Source: a bacterium
Lineage (GTDB): Bacteria; Patescibacteriota; Minisyncoccia; Minisyncoccales; CG1-02-41-26
Length of the DNA stretch: 49,592 nt
Assembly (NCBI GenBank): GCA_021158045.1
Contig: JAGGVK010000018.1
Coordinates: forward strand, 1 to 49,592
Reading direction: 5' to 3'
The position numbers and the translations under genes are program-made. Position 1 is the first letter of the stretch; each line of letters opens with the position of its first letter. The notes under the pieces were generated by a model. That model did no database searches, was not told the DNA's origin, and saw nothing but the letters and a program-made list of their open reading frames with translations. Shown one piece after another: positions 33,922 to 43,764 of this stretch.

Positions 33922-34551
33922 ATGACCATAAATCAAATATTGGAAAATTCATCGCTTAGAAAAGAAATGGAAAAGTTGTGGAAATTTACAAAAGGAAAAG
34001 TAAGGGCTGAGACAATCAAGAATCATTTCCAATGCATTGAAGCGATGGAAGGCAAAGAAGGGCTGATAAAAGTTCAAAATAAGTTGGAAGAATTAGGGCA
34101 CCCTATAAGAGATTTGAAAAAGTTTAGTCCCTTGGAGTTTGTGCCTACTGCCTTAGCTGATTCAGTTGTCTTGGTGGCGACTTATGTGTTTCATTGGACG
34201 GACAGGGATATTTTTCAAATGGGGAATTCAGCCCCGAAGTTTTCCTTCATTGTAAGATTGCTGATGAAAACATTTTTAAGTTTAAGAAAAGTTTTTGAAG
34301 AAGCCCCGAAGTATTGGCAAGAACACTTCACTGAAGGGCGAGTGGAAGCTGCTGTGTTCAATGCAAAAGAGAAATACCTTATTTTACGACTATATCATTG
34401 GTGCCATCCAGTTATGTGCGTATTTTATGCTGGGTATTTCTTAAGAATAGGCCAGTATGTGATAAGAAGCAAGAATGTTGCTATTAAAGAAACGAAATGC
34501 ATGAACAGAGGTGATCCTTATCATGAGTTTTTAATACATTGGGAAAGTTAA
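33922..34551 (+). CDS. 209-aa putative ligand-sensor protein (V4R-like C-terminus)
   Basis: C-terminal ETKCMNRGDPYHEFLIHW resembles the V4R signature seen clearly in 37270..37821. It lies immediately upstream of the histidine kinase. Confidence 0.45.
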   Translation: MTINQILENSSLRKEMEKLWKFTKGKVRAETIKNHFQCIEAMEGKEGLIKVQNKLEELGHPIRDLKKFSPLEFVPTALADSVVLVATYVFHWTDRDIFQMGNSAPKFSFIVRLLMKTFLSLRKVFEEAPKYWQEHFTEGRVEAAVFNAKEKYLILRLYHWCHPVMCVFYAGYFLRIGQYVIRSKNVAIKETKCMNRGDPYHEFLIHWES

Positions 34552-34554
34552 ATT

Positions 34555-36162
34555 ATGTGCCCGGTTTTTTTAAAAAAAGAGAATAAGGAGCAAGAAAGAG
34601 AATGCCAGGAACTTCAAAGCGACCTAAACGACCTCACCTCGTATTTAAATAGTTTCTCTTCTTTCTTGCCTTTAGCTGTTTGCACTGTTAATCCAGCAGG
34701 TATTATTATTGATATTAATAAAGCCTTCACTAACCTCACAGGATTTGAGGTGGTTGATGTAGTAGGAAAGCCTTTGAAAAGTTTGTTCTTAGAGAAAGAA
34801 AAACTTGCTCTTGTGTTGGAGAAAATTACCGGAAGCAGAAAGCCTATTACCACTAGGGAACTGACATTGTTAACCAAGTTAGGAAAAAAAATATCAGTTG
34901 ATTTTTCAGCTCAAGCAAGGATAGACAAGGTGGGTCGTTATGTTGGTTGTTTTGTCGCCCTTTCAGACATCACTGAATTCAGAAAATTCCAGGAAGAGCT
35001 AGAAAAAAGCGTGAAGAAAAAGACAAGAGAGCTTCAGCAAAAAACGGAAGACCTTATGCGTTCTAGGGAAGCTTTGATGAATATTCTTGAGGATGTCCAG
35101 GCTGCTCGGGAAGCATCAGAAGAAGAAAGGGATAGAACATTGGCTATTATAGAGAATTTTACTGATGGACTTTTGCTTTTTGACAACCATAATTTGCTTT
35201 TGTTGATTAATCCTCAAGCCCAAGAGTTTTTTGGCGTAAGGTCGCAAGATATAATAGAGAAGTCGTTAAGTGACTTAAGAAAGGTAAAATCCTTGCAGCC
35301 TTTAGTAAAGCTTCTCGGCAAGGAAATCAGAGGCTTTTTTAGGAAAGAACTGGATTTAGGGAAAAATTTAATTCTTGAAGTTTCCGCAATACCTATTATT
35401 ATCAAGGGGAAGAAAAGCCAGAATTTGGTTATTTTACATAATGTGACTAGGGAAAAAACCGTTGAAAGATTGAAAACAGAATTTGTTTCTATTTCTGCCC
35501 ATCAATTAAGAACGCCGCTATCAGCTATTAAGTGGACATTGAGGATGCTTTTAGATGGAGACATTGGGAAGATTTCTTCAGACCAAAGAAACATTCTTGA
35601 GAAGGCTTATAAAAGCAATGAAAGAATGATAAAATTGATTAACGACCTTTTAGACGTGACAAGAATTGAAGAAGGGAGGTTTCTTTACAATATAAAGAAA
35701 GCAGACTTTATAAAGATAGTGAAGGGGGTAATCTCGGCTTTAAGGGATGTGGCTAAGAAGTCGAAACTTACCCTTCATCTTTTGCTTCCCAGTAATAAGA
35801 TACCTGAGGTTAAAGTGGACGCTGAGAAGATTTCTTTGGCTGTGCAGAATTTGATAGAAAATGCAGTTCATTACACTCCTGCGGGAGGGAAGGTGACAGT
35901 TTCAATAAAATATGACAAAGAACATAAAGAGGTGCTCTTTTCTGTTGAGGATACTGGCATTGGCATTCCAGAAAGCCAGCAAAAGAGAGTTTTTAGCAAG
36001 TTTTTCAGGTCGCCAAACGCAATAAGAAAAGAGACGGTAGGGACAGGGCTTGGCCTTTTTACTACTAAAAATATTGTTGAAGCGCATGGTGGCAAAATTT
36101 GGTTTAAGTCAAAAGAAGGGAAAGGGACAACCTTTTACTTCTCTTTACCCGTAAAGAGATAA
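34555..36162 (+). CDS. PAS-domain sensor histidine kinase
   Basis: Two PAS-like segments, H-box ISAHQLRTPLSAI, N-box NLIENAVHYT, and G-boxes DTGIGI and GTGLGL. Confidence 0.9.
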   Translation: MCPVFLKKENKEQERECQELQSDLNDLTSYLNSFSSFLPLAVCTVNPAGIIIDINKAFTNLTGFEVVDVVGKPLKSLFLEKEKLALVLEKITGSRKPITTRELTLLTKLGKKISVDFSAQARIDKVGRYVGCFVALSDITEFRKFQEELEKSVKKKTRELQQKTEDLMRSREALMNILEDVQAAREASEEERDRTLAIIENFTDGLLLFDNHNLLLLINPQAQEFFGVRSQDIIEKSLSDLRKVKSLQPLVKLLGKEIRGFFRKELDLGKNLILEVSAIPIIIKGKKSQNLVILHNVTREKTVERLKTEFVSISAHQLRTPLSAIKWTLRMLLDGDIGKISSDQRNILEKAYKSNERMIKLINDLLDVTRIEEGRFLYNIKKADFIKIVKGVISALRDVAKKSKLTLHLLLPSNKIPEVKVDAEKISLAVQNLIENAVHYTPAGGKVTVSIKYDKEHKEVLFSVEDTGIGIPESQQKRVFSKFFRSPNAIRKETVGTGLGLFTTKNIVEAHGGKIWFKSKEGKGTTFYFSLPVKR

Positions 36163-36167
36163 CTTTT

Positions 36168-36440
36168 TTGGCATCTGATATTTTGTTTACATTTTTGGAT
36201 TCTGGGTTTTTAATGTTTGCTTTAATTATTTTGTTTGTTATAATAAATATAATTCAGACTTGGCTAATCCTAAGTTATAAACGTTTGATTAGAGGGGGTG
36301 TGATGATAGGGGTAATCGAGGCTATAGAATTTCCAATTTTAATATTAGTTATTATAAAAGCAGGCCTGATAGGGCTTTTAACAGTGGTAATTGTAGAGGC
36401 GGTTCAATGGTCAACTATTGCTTTTTTAACTTTGCGCTAG
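36168..36440 (+). CDS. Small membrane protein (about 3 TM)
   Basis: Hydrophobic ORF with a non-ATG start in the track. Weak support. Confidence 0.4.
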   Translation: MASDILFTFLDSGFLMFALIILFVIINIIQTWLILSYKRLIRGGVMIGVIEAIEFPILILVIIKAGLIGLLTVVIVEAVQWSTIAFLTLR

Positions 36441-36464
36441 TAAAATAAAACAAGGCGGTAAAAT

Positions 36465-36893
36465 ATGTTTAGGGAAAAATTATCTAAGTTTCTTCCATAT
36501 TTAGCTATAGTTCCCGCTAATCCCCACCCTCCTGTAATTGGAATAAAATATTTTGATTTAAATACTTTAATGGGGCAATCTTTAGGTTGGCTGAAATGGC
36601 CTATATTGTTTAGCCTTTGTTTTGCAGCCGTGACTTTTGTTGTTGCCACTTTTTATATTATCCGCTACACCCGAGGTTATTACGAGAAAAGGGCAGTCTC
36701 TAAATCTTGGAAATGTATTCTAGCAGGATTTTTTATTACGGCTATAGCTGAAACTGGTGAACTTCTCTGTTATTACGAATGGCCCAATGCAGGCTTAATA
36801 GAGTCAAATTTCATTTTAGCCATTCCTCATGCTTTAGGCGGTTTTTTGATTGGTTTGGGTGCTTATTTGCTTTATAAAGAAGTAACACCATAA
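36465..36893 (+). CDS. 142-aa membrane protein, paralogue of the next gene
   Basis: FYIIRYTRGYYEKRAVSKSWKCILAGFFITAIAETGEL parallels IYIIKYLKKFYGSRPIPLEWKVFWTALIWATIHELIEV in 36905..37261. Confidence 0.6.
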   Translation: MFREKLSKFLPYLAIVPANPHPPVIGIKYFDLNTLMGQSLGWLKWPILFSLCFAAVTFVVATFYIIRYTRGYYEKRAVSKSWKCILAGFFITAIAETGELLCYYEWPNAGLIESNFILAIPHALGGFLIGLGAYLLYKEVTP

Positions 36894-36904
36894 ATAGAAA
36901 TAAT

Positions 36905-37261
36905 ATGCCTTTATTAGAATTTCATGCTTTAAATCCCCTAAATTTTGCTCCCTCTATTGGTTTAAGTTTGTATATGATTTTGGTTCATATTCCGATTGTA
37001 GGCGGATTTGCTTTTGCAGCTATCTACATCATAAAGTATCTTAAAAAATTCTACGGTTCTCGTCCCATTCCTTTAGAGTGGAAAGTTTTCTGGACGGCAT
37101 TAATTTGGGCTACAATCCATGAACTTATTGAAGTTCCTCTTCTTTATCAGTGGGTGGTAGGGCAGGTTTTGCTTATTGTTTTCTTTTTTGTGCAGATAAT
37201 AGCAGGTGTGTATTTAGTATGGGGAGCTTATCTTTTGGCTAAAAAATATATTTTAAAGTAA
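36905..37261 (+). CDS. 118-aa membrane protein, paralogue of the previous gene
   Basis: See 36465..36893. Confidence 0.6.
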   Translation: MPLLEFHALNPLNFAPSIGLSLYMILVHIPIVGGFAFAAIYIIKYLKKFYGSRPIPLEWKVFWTALIWATIHELIEVPLLYQWVVGQVLLIVFFFVQIIAGVYLVWGAYLLAKKYILK

Positions 37262-37269
37262 TTAAGTAA

Positions 37270-37821
37270 ATGGAAAGGATAATTGAAGATTTGCAAGAAG
37301 ACCTTAGAAACATCATAGAAGGCAAACCGCCTAAAGTTTTAAGGAAGGAATCAGGCGATTTAATAGATTTGAGATTGCTAAGGATAGTTGATTTTTCTTT
37401 ACAATGGGCTTCGGTTGGCTATAAATCGGCTTTAAGGTTTGCTGGAATGAAGTTTGGCAGGAGGATGGGAGAGGATAGCGTTACAAGAGAGCTGTCGTCT
37501 TTATTAGGAGAAATTAAGGTATTGATTGAAAAATTAAAAGATGGTAAAGTAGAAATTGAAGTTTTGCCAGAAAAGGAAAAAGCGCAGTTTAGGGTGCACA
37601 GTTCTTCCTTAGTTAGTTCTGTGCCAAATATTTCTCAAACAATCTGCTTTTTTAAAGAAGGATTTATAGAGGGCTATCTTGATGGAGTAATTAAAAAGCA
37701 AGGCTCTTTAACGGCAAATTTTAAGAAAATAAGCGAAGTTGTGGTTGAAGAAACAAAATGTCAAGGGAAAGGCGATAAATATTGTCAATTTACCATTTAT
37801 CTTAAAGGTCAAAGCAAATAA
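37270..37821 (+). CDS. V4R-domain protein
   Basis: C-terminal VVEETKCQGKGDKYCQFTIYLK, the V4R C-x-x-GD-x-x-C-x-F signature. Confidence 0.65.
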   Translation: MERIIEDLQEDLRNIIEGKPPKVLRKESGDLIDLRLLRIVDFSLQWASVGYKSALRFAGMKFGRRMGEDSVTRELSSLLGEIKVLIEKLKDGKVEIEVLPEKEKAQFRVHSSSLVSSVPNISQTICFFKEGFIEGYLDGVIKKQGSLTANFKKISEVVVEETKCQGKGDKYCQFTIYLKGQSK

Positions 37822-37826
37822 AAAAT

Positions 37827-38195
37827 ATGGCAAAAAAAATTTTGATTGCAGAGGACGAAGAAATTCTTTACTCTCTCTTAAAACAGAAATTGGTTCAGCA
37901 GGGTTATGAAGTCTCGGTAGTCAAAAATGGTAAAGAGGCTTTAGAGCAAATGCGGAAAGAAAAACCAGACCTTCTTTTGCTTGATATTATTATGCCCGAG
38001 AAAGGAGGTTTTGAGGTAATGGAAGAGATGCAAAAAGACCCTTCCTTGAAGGATATTCCTATTGTTATTATTTCTAATTCCGGACAGCCTGTAGAAATAG
38101 ATAAAGCTAAGAGGTTGGGGGCAAAGGACTGGGTTATAAAAACAGAATTTGACCCCCAAGAGGTAATGGAAAAAGTCAAAAAGGAAATAGGGTAA
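37827..38195 (+). CDS. Stand-alone CheY-like response-regulator receiver
   Basis: KILIAEDEE, DLLLLDIIMP, ISNSG, and K at AKDWVIK. Confidence 0.9.
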   Translation: MAKKILIAEDEEILYSLLKQKLVQQGYEVSVVKNGKEALEQMRKEKPDLLLLDIIMPEKGGFEVMEEMQKDPSLKDIPIVIISNSGQPVEIDKAKRLGAKDWVIKTEFDPQEVMEKVKKEIG

Positions 38196-38316
38196 ATGTG
38201 CGTGCTAGCCAATCACTAGTTTGTTCGCGAATATTCAGTAAATAATTAGAGGATGATTCATATTAGGCATATTGTGAGGTATTTGTGATTTAATTAGAGA
38301 TTGGTTAGCAGTTTCT

Positions 38317-38688
38317 ATGGCAGCCAAAATATTAATAATTGAAGACGACAGGTTTTTAAGAGAATTAATGGCAAGAAAACTTGAGCAGGTTGGCTACGAG
38401 GTTGTTGAATCTGTTGATGGTGAAGATGGCTTAAAGAAAGTGTCTCAAGAAAAGCCAGATTTAGTTTTGCTTGATTTAATTCTACCCGGCATAGACGGTT
38501 TTGAAGTTCTCTCAAAAGTGAAAGAAAAACCAGAATTAAGCGCCATTCCAGTTATTATACTTTCTAACCTTGGGCAGAGAGAGGATATAGAAAAGGGCTT
38601 AAAATTAGGAGCAGTTGACTTTTTGGTTAAAGCCCATTTTACTCCAAACGAGATTGTTGATAAAGTAAAACACTTGCTGAAGAAATAA
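38317..38688 (+). CDS. Stand-alone CheY-like response-regulator receiver
   Basis: KILIIEDD, DLVLLDLILPGIDG, LSNLG, DFLVKAHF. Confidence 0.9.
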   Translation: MAAKILIIEDDRFLRELMARKLEQVGYEVVESVDGEDGLKKVSQEKPDLVLLDLILPGIDGFEVLSKVKEKPELSAIPVIILSNLGQREDIEKGLKLGAVDFLVKAHFTPNEIVDKVKHLLKK

Positions 38689-38772
38689 ACATTGAGTCCT
38701 ATTTTTGCGCTATGCAAAAATCCGTTATTTGTTTTTTGGCATAGGGGAAATAGGATTTTTGTTATTTTTAGT

Positions 38773-39675
38773 ATGCCCGAACTTCCAGAAGTGGAAACCA
38801 CAATTCGTGAGATGAAAAAAGAAAAAATCCCCGGATTAAAAATTAAGGATATCTGGACAGACTTTCCTAAAATGATTCATCTAATGCCTGCTAAAAAAAT
38901 CTCAAAGCAGGATGCTGAAAGAAGTATTTTTAAAATTTTTAAAAAAAAGACAGAAAATAAAACAATAGAAAATATTTGGAGGAAAGGCAAGAATATTATT
39001 TTTGACTTATCAGATAATCTCACTTTACTTTTGCACCAAAAATTAACTGGGCATCTCCTATACGGTGTATGGCATTTAGAACGGAAGGAATGGAAGTCTA
39101 ATGCGTCTGGTCCCTTGAGGGAAAGAATAAATTCTTACATCCATTTAATTTTCTTTCTTGATAATGGGAAAATGTTAGCCCTTTCTGACCCGAGAAAATT
39201 TGCCAAAGTTGAACTTTGGAGAAAAAGTGATTTTAAAGAATCAAACACTTATAAAGATTTGGGAGACGACCCGCTAAAAATTAGCTTTGAAAAGTTTAAG
39301 GAAGGCTTGAAAAGAAGAAAAACTCCAGTGAAGAAGGTTTTAATGGACCAAAATTTTATAGCCGGCATAGGAAATATTTATTCTAGTGAAATTTTATTTG
39401 AAGCAAAAATTCATCCTTTAAAAAAGGCAAGCGAGTTGAGCCGAAAAGAAATCGAAAAATTGTATAAGGCTATGCAAAAGATTTTGAAGGAAGCCATTAA
39501 TGTTAAAGGGGAATCGATTTCTGATTACAGGACACTTTCGGGAAAGAAAGGAGGTTTTGATAAGTTAAGGAAGGTTTATAGAAGAGAGGCGTGTTCTCGG
39601 TGCGGAGCAAAAATAAAAAGGATAGAAATAAGCGGCAGGAGCGCCTATTATTGCCCAGTTTGCCAGAAAATGTAA
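38773..39675 (+). CDS. mutM: Formamidopyrimidine-DNA glycosylase
   Basis: MPELPEVETT N-terminus at the ATG at 38773 (the track ORF starts earlier). C-terminal zinc finger CSRCG...CPVCQ. Confidence 0.9.
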   Translation: MPELPEVETTIREMKKEKIPGLKIKDIWTDFPKMIHLMPAKKISKQDAERSIFKIFKKKTENKTIENIWRKGKNIIFDLSDNLTLLLHQKLTGHLLYGVWHLERKEWKSNASGPLRERINSYIHLIFFLDNGKMLALSDPRKFAKVELWRKSDFKESNTYKDLGDDPLKISFEKFKEGLKRRKTPVKKVLMDQNFIAGIGNIYSSEILFEAKIHPLKKASELSRKEIEKLYKAMQKILKEAINVKGESISDYRTLSGKKGGFDKLRKVYRREACSRCGAKIKRIEISGRSAYYCPVCQKM

Positions 39676-39693
39676 TATTGTTAAATTATTAAG

Positions 39694-40641
39694 ATGATTA
39701 TATTCCTATACGGCAAAGATACATATCGAGCTAGGGTAAAGATGAGAGAAATAGAGAAGCGTTACAGAAGAATTCACGCCGAGAACTTAGATTTGATAAG
39801 GGTTAACGCTTCAGAAGTGAGTTTCCAAGATTTTCTGGACCAAGCCTTGCAAACTTCAATTTTTGTTAAAAAGAAACTGGTTTTTTTAGAAGATGTTTTT
39901 CTCACCACAGATTTTGAGAAAAAGTTTTTGAAGAAAATAGAAGAGTTTGCTAAACTTGAAAATATCATTTTAGTGCTTTTTCAAGCAGGAGAAATCTCTA
40001 AAAAGAATAAGTTATTTTTAGCTCTTGAGAAATATGCGGAATGCCAGGAATTTCAAGTTCTCAAGGGAGAAAGCCTAAAAAAGCAGTTGATAAAAAAGGC
40101 AAGGGAGAACGGTTTGGAATTTTCTGATGTTTTGTTGCAGAGGTTAATTGACAGTTTTGGGAATGATTTATGGAAATTGTCGAATGAAATAGATAAAATA
40201 GCCGCTTTCTTGAGAAACAAGCCTCAGAAGAGAGTTCGCCTTGAAGATATTGAATATCTGTGTTCTGTTTCGCCTGAGGTAGATATTTTTAAAACTATTG
40301 GTTATTTAGGCAGGAAGAACAAAAAGATAGCCTTGGAATTGTTAGAGCAGCATTTGAAAAATGGAGATAACCCATTTTATCTTTTATCAATGGTTAATTA
40401 CCAATTTAAGAATCTTTTAGCAACAAAAGATTTTATTATGAGAGGGAAATCATTAAGCCAGCTTTTAGCTTTGCGGGGGCTTCCCTCTTTTGCTTTAAAG
40501 AAGTATTGGCTCCAGGCGGAAAAATTTAGTTTGAAGGAATTAAAAAAAATCTGCCAGCAAATTTTTGAGGCAGACTTAGACATTAAAACTGGCAAGGCAA
40601 AGCCAGAGGAGGAATTGAGAACCTTAATAGCAGAAATCTGA
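39694..40641 (+). CDS. holA: DNA polymerase III delta subunit
   Basis: MIIFLYGKDTYR N-terminus, matching size and helical C-terminal domain pattern. Confidence 0.75.
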   Translation: MIIFLYGKDTYRARVKMREIEKRYRRIHAENLDLIRVNASEVSFQDFLDQALQTSIFVKKKLVFLEDVFLTTDFEKKFLKKIEEFAKLENIILVLFQAGEISKKNKLFLALEKYAECQEFQVLKGESLKKQLIKKARENGLEFSDVLLQRLIDSFGNDLWKLSNEIDKIAAFLRNKPQKRVRLEDIEYLCSVSPEVDIFKTIGYLGRKNKKIALELLEQHLKNGDNPFYLLSMVNYQFKNLLATKDFIMRGKSLSQLLALRGLPSFALKKYWLQAEKFSLKELKKICQQIFEADLDIKTGKAKPEEELRTLIAEI

Positions 40642-40656
40642 AAATTTGGCAAGGAT

Positions 40657-40923
40657 TTAAGATTGGTTTTTGTTTATAAGTTGGCTCACCCTTGATTTTT
40701 TTCTTGAGGCTGTATTTTTCTTTATGGTTTTGCTTTTTACTGCCTTGTCCAAAGCTTGGTAAAATTGAGGTAGAACTTTTTTAGCCTCCTCAATCTTTTT
40801 TTCGGAAACCAAAGACAAAATCTTCTTTTGAAGATTCTTTACTTTCCCTTTCCTCTTAATATTCCTTTGCCTCCTTTTGATGTTTTGCCTAAGGGCTTTT
40901 TTAGCGGACTTAGTAGTTGGCAT
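40657..40923 (-). CDS. rpsT: 30S ribosomal protein S20
   Basis: MPTTKSAKKALRQNIKRRQRN. Confidence 0.9.
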   Translation of the reverse strand: MPTTKSAKKALRQNIKRRQRNIKRKGKVKNLQKKILSLVSEKKIEEAKKVLPQFYQALDKAVKSKTIKKNTASRKKSRVSQLINKNQS

Positions 40924-41079
40924 AATAATAACGCAGGGTTAGTTGCGGCACGGCTTGCTCCGTTCCTCTAGCGCTGCTCTTTTTAAAATTAATATAGGAT
41001 ATGGCGGGTGGGTGGCGTCCTGCGCGGGCGCCTGCGATTTCCCGGCTTTCTTCCGAACATATCTATACTTTAGGTTACA

Positions 41080-43032
41080 CTATTTTATTTTTTTAATCAA
41101 GTCGCGTATCTCAGCTGCCCTTTCAAAATCTAAATTGCGGGCAGCTTCTTTCATCTCTTTCTCTAAGAGTTTGACATCCCGAATTATAGCAAACTCTGGG
41201 CTTATTTGTTTTTCTTTTGAAACAAATGACCATTCTCTGATTTCCTTAACAATTGGTTTTGGAGTAATATGGTGAGTTTTATTATATTCCATTTGAATTT
41301 TTCTTCGCCGCTCAATTTCCTTTATTGCTCTTTTCATTGAACGGGTATTCTTTTCAGCATACAAAATGCAATGGCCGTTGATATGTCTAGCTGCTCTGCC
41401 CATTGTTTGGATTAGAGTTGTCTTATTTCTTAGAAAACCTTCTTTGTCAGCATCTAAAATTGCAACAAGGCTTACTTCTGGCAAATCTAGTCCTTCTCTT
41501 AAAAGGTTTATTCCCACAATTACATCATATTCGCCTTCTCTCAGTTTTTTTAAAATTTCAGGCCTTTCTAAGGTTTTAACCTCAGAATGCAAATAGCTTG
41601 TTTTAATTCCTTCATCTTTAAAATAATCTGTTAATTCTTCAGCTAACCGTTTAGTTAGAGTGATAACCAAAATACGCTGGTATTTTTTTATTCTTTTTTT
41701 AACCTCTTTAATTAAATCTTTAACTTGCTCTTTAGCAGGCCTTATCTCAATAGATGGTTCCAAGAGTCCCGTGGGGCGGATAAGTTGTTGAACGAGCAGT
41801 TTTGATTTTTGGTTTTTAATTTTTCCTAATTCATAAGGGCCAGGAGTTGCTGAAACATAGATTGTCTGTTTTATTTTCTTTTCAAGCTCCTCAAAACTTA
41901 AAGGGCGGTTGTCTAAGGAGGAAGGAAGCCGAAAACCATATTTAATTAAGGTTTCTTTTCTGCGGCGGTCGGTGTTGTACATTGCATGCAGTTGGGGGAT
42001 AGTCATATGAGACTCGTCAATGAAAACAATATAATCTTTGGGAAAATAATCCAATAAAGTAAATGGCGGTTTTCCAGGCTTCCTGAATTCTAAGTGCCTT
42101 GAATAATTCTCAATCCCATGGCAATAGCCGGTTTCTTTTAGCATTTCTAAATCATAATTTGTCCGTTGCTCTAAACGTTCTGCTTCGAGCAGCTTTCCTT
42201 TATTTTTTAATTCTTTTAACCTTTCTTGCAATTCAAGTTTTATATTTTCTATGGCAACCTTCAATTTTTCTTGGGGGGCTATCCAAAATTGAGCAGGAAA
42301 TATTCTTATTTTTGAGTTTTGAGTTTTGAATTTTGAATTTGAGAAATTTTTGCCACGAACTTCTTTTATTAATATTTGGTCAAGCTTATCTCCAAAAAAC
42401 TCAATCCGGATAATTTTCTCTCCAGTAACCACAAAAATTTCAACAGTGTCTCCCTGAACTCTAAAAGTGCCTGGCTGGAAGTCGATGTTGTTTCTTTGGT
42501 ATTGCAAAGAGCTTAAAATTTTCAGGAAATCTCTTCTTTTTATTTTTTGCCCCTTTTTTATCTCTAAGGCAACTTTTTGGTAAGTTTCAGGCGAGCCGAG
42601 ATTATAAATACAAGAAACCGAAGCCACCACTATTACATCTCTTTTGCTCAAGATGTCTTGAACAGCAGCGTGCCTTAACTTATCGATTTCTTTATTTATT
42701 TTCGCATCCTTTTCAATATAAATGTCTGTTTGGGGAATATAGGCTTCTGGCTGATAGTAATCGTAATAGCTTACGAAGTAATGCACCCCATTTTCTGGGA
42801 AGAATTCCTTGAATTCCTGGTAAACCTGCGCAGCTAAGGTTTTATTGTGGGAAATCCAGAGTGCTGGCTTTTGGAGGTTTTCAATTACTTTAGCGCAGGT
42901 ATAGGTTTTTCCACTGCCTGTTACACCGAGGAGCACAGAGTTGCTCTGTCCCTGTTTAATATTTTGAGTTAGCTTTTTGATTGCTCTTGGCTGGTCGCCG
43001 GTTGGCTTTAACTTTGAAACTAACTTAAACAT
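41080..43032 (-). CDS. uvrB: Excinuclease ABC subunit B
   Basis: GVTGSGKTYT, DESH, helicase motifs, and a C-terminal UVR domain (EAARNLDFERAAEIRD). Confidence 0.95.
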   Translation of the reverse strand: MFKLVSKLKPTGDQPRAIKKLTQNIKQGQSNSVLLGVTGSGKTYTCAKVIENLQKPALWISHNKTLAAQVYQEFKEFFPENGVHYFVSYYDYYQPEAYIPQTDIYIEKDAKINKEIDKLRHAAVQDILSKRDVIVVASVSCIYNLGSPETYQKVALEIKKGQKIKRRDFLKILSSLQYQRNNIDFQPGTFRVQGDTVEIFVVTGEKIIRIEFFGDKLDQILIKEVRGKNFSNSKFKTQNSKIRIFPAQFWIAPQEKLKVAIENIKLELQERLKELKNKGKLLEAERLEQRTNYDLEMLKETGYCHGIENYSRHLEFRKPGKPPFTLLDYFPKDYIVFIDESHMTIPQLHAMYNTDRRRKETLIKYGFRLPSSLDNRPLSFEELEKKIKQTIYVSATPGPYELGKIKNQKSKLLVQQLIRPTGLLEPSIEIRPAKEQVKDLIKEVKKRIKKYQRILVITLTKRLAEELTDYFKDEGIKTSYLHSEVKTLERPEILKKLREGEYDVIVGINLLREGLDLPEVSLVAILDADKEGFLRNKTTLIQTMGRAARHINGHCILYAEKNTRSMKRAIKEIERRRKIQMEYNKTHHITPKPIVKEIREWSFVSKEKQISPEFAIIRDVKLLEKEMKEAARNLDFERAAEIRDLIKKIK

Positions 43033-43173
43033 ATTCTAAAATCAAATATTTTATAAAATATCGACAAACATATTTTGTCGTAAAACAGATTTTTAATACA
43101 ATCCTCTTTTTATTTGTAGGCTTTCAAAATTTGGTAAATTAAGGTATGATAAAAAAAGATTATTGTTTGAATT

Positions 43174-43746
43174 ATGATTTCCTTTTTAGAAGGGAAAATT
43201 ATTTTGAAGAGAGACAATTTCCTTATTGTAGAAGTTGGAGGCGTTGGTTATAAAGTCTTCCTTTCCCGTAGCTCTCTTCAGAGAATAGCAGAAAAAGGCG
43301 AGAACATCAAACTTTTTTGCTACCTTGACATTGGCGAGAGGAGCTTAAAACTTTATGGTTTTCTGACTTTCGAAGAACTAGAGTTCTTTGAAATTTTAAG
43401 GAATATTTCTGGCGTAGGGCCTAAAGCTTCCTTGGAGATTGTTTCCCTGGGCAAGGTTGAGGAAGTAAAAAAAGAAATAGAAAAAGGAAATGTGAAATTT
43501 TTTGTTGATATTCCTGGTATTGGCGCTAAGAAAGCCAAAAAAATTATTCTGGAACTCTCTGGAAAATTGAAAGCCTTAACTCCTCCCTTAAAAAAAGAGA
43601 AATTTCCAGAAGATGAAGTATTTTTAGCTTTATTAAATCTTGGCTTTAAAAAAGAGGCGATAAAAGATGCTCTTTCGCAACTTCCAAAGGGGGTTAAAGA
43701 CGCTCAGGAGAGAATTAAATATGCCTTGAAAATTTTAGGGGAATAG
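43174..43746 (+). CDS. ruvA: Holliday junction DNA helicase RuvA
   Basis: MISFLEGKI...VEVGGVGYKV and the HhH motifs ISGVGPK and IPGIGAKKA. Confidence 0.9.
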   Translation: MISFLEGKIILKRDNFLIVEVGGVGYKVFLSRSSLQRIAEKGENIKLFCYLDIGERSLKLYGFLTFEELEFFEILRNISGVGPKASLEIVSLGKVEEVKKEIEKGNVKFFVDIPGIGAKKAKKIILELSGKLKALTPPLKKEKFPEDEVFLALLNLGFKKEAIKDALSQLPKGVKDAQERIKYALKILGE

Positions 43747-43764
43747 GTAAAATTATAACTGTCT

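Noticed and set aside
40931-41060. The minus-strand GUUC-GGAA-GAAAGCC looked like the SRP (4.5S) RNA helix-8 GNRA tetraloop region.
   Set aside because: The conserved flanking CAGG/AGCA symmetric-loop nucleotides are absent. The 5' side is AT-rich and cannot pair with the GC-rich 3' side to form the long SRP hairpin.
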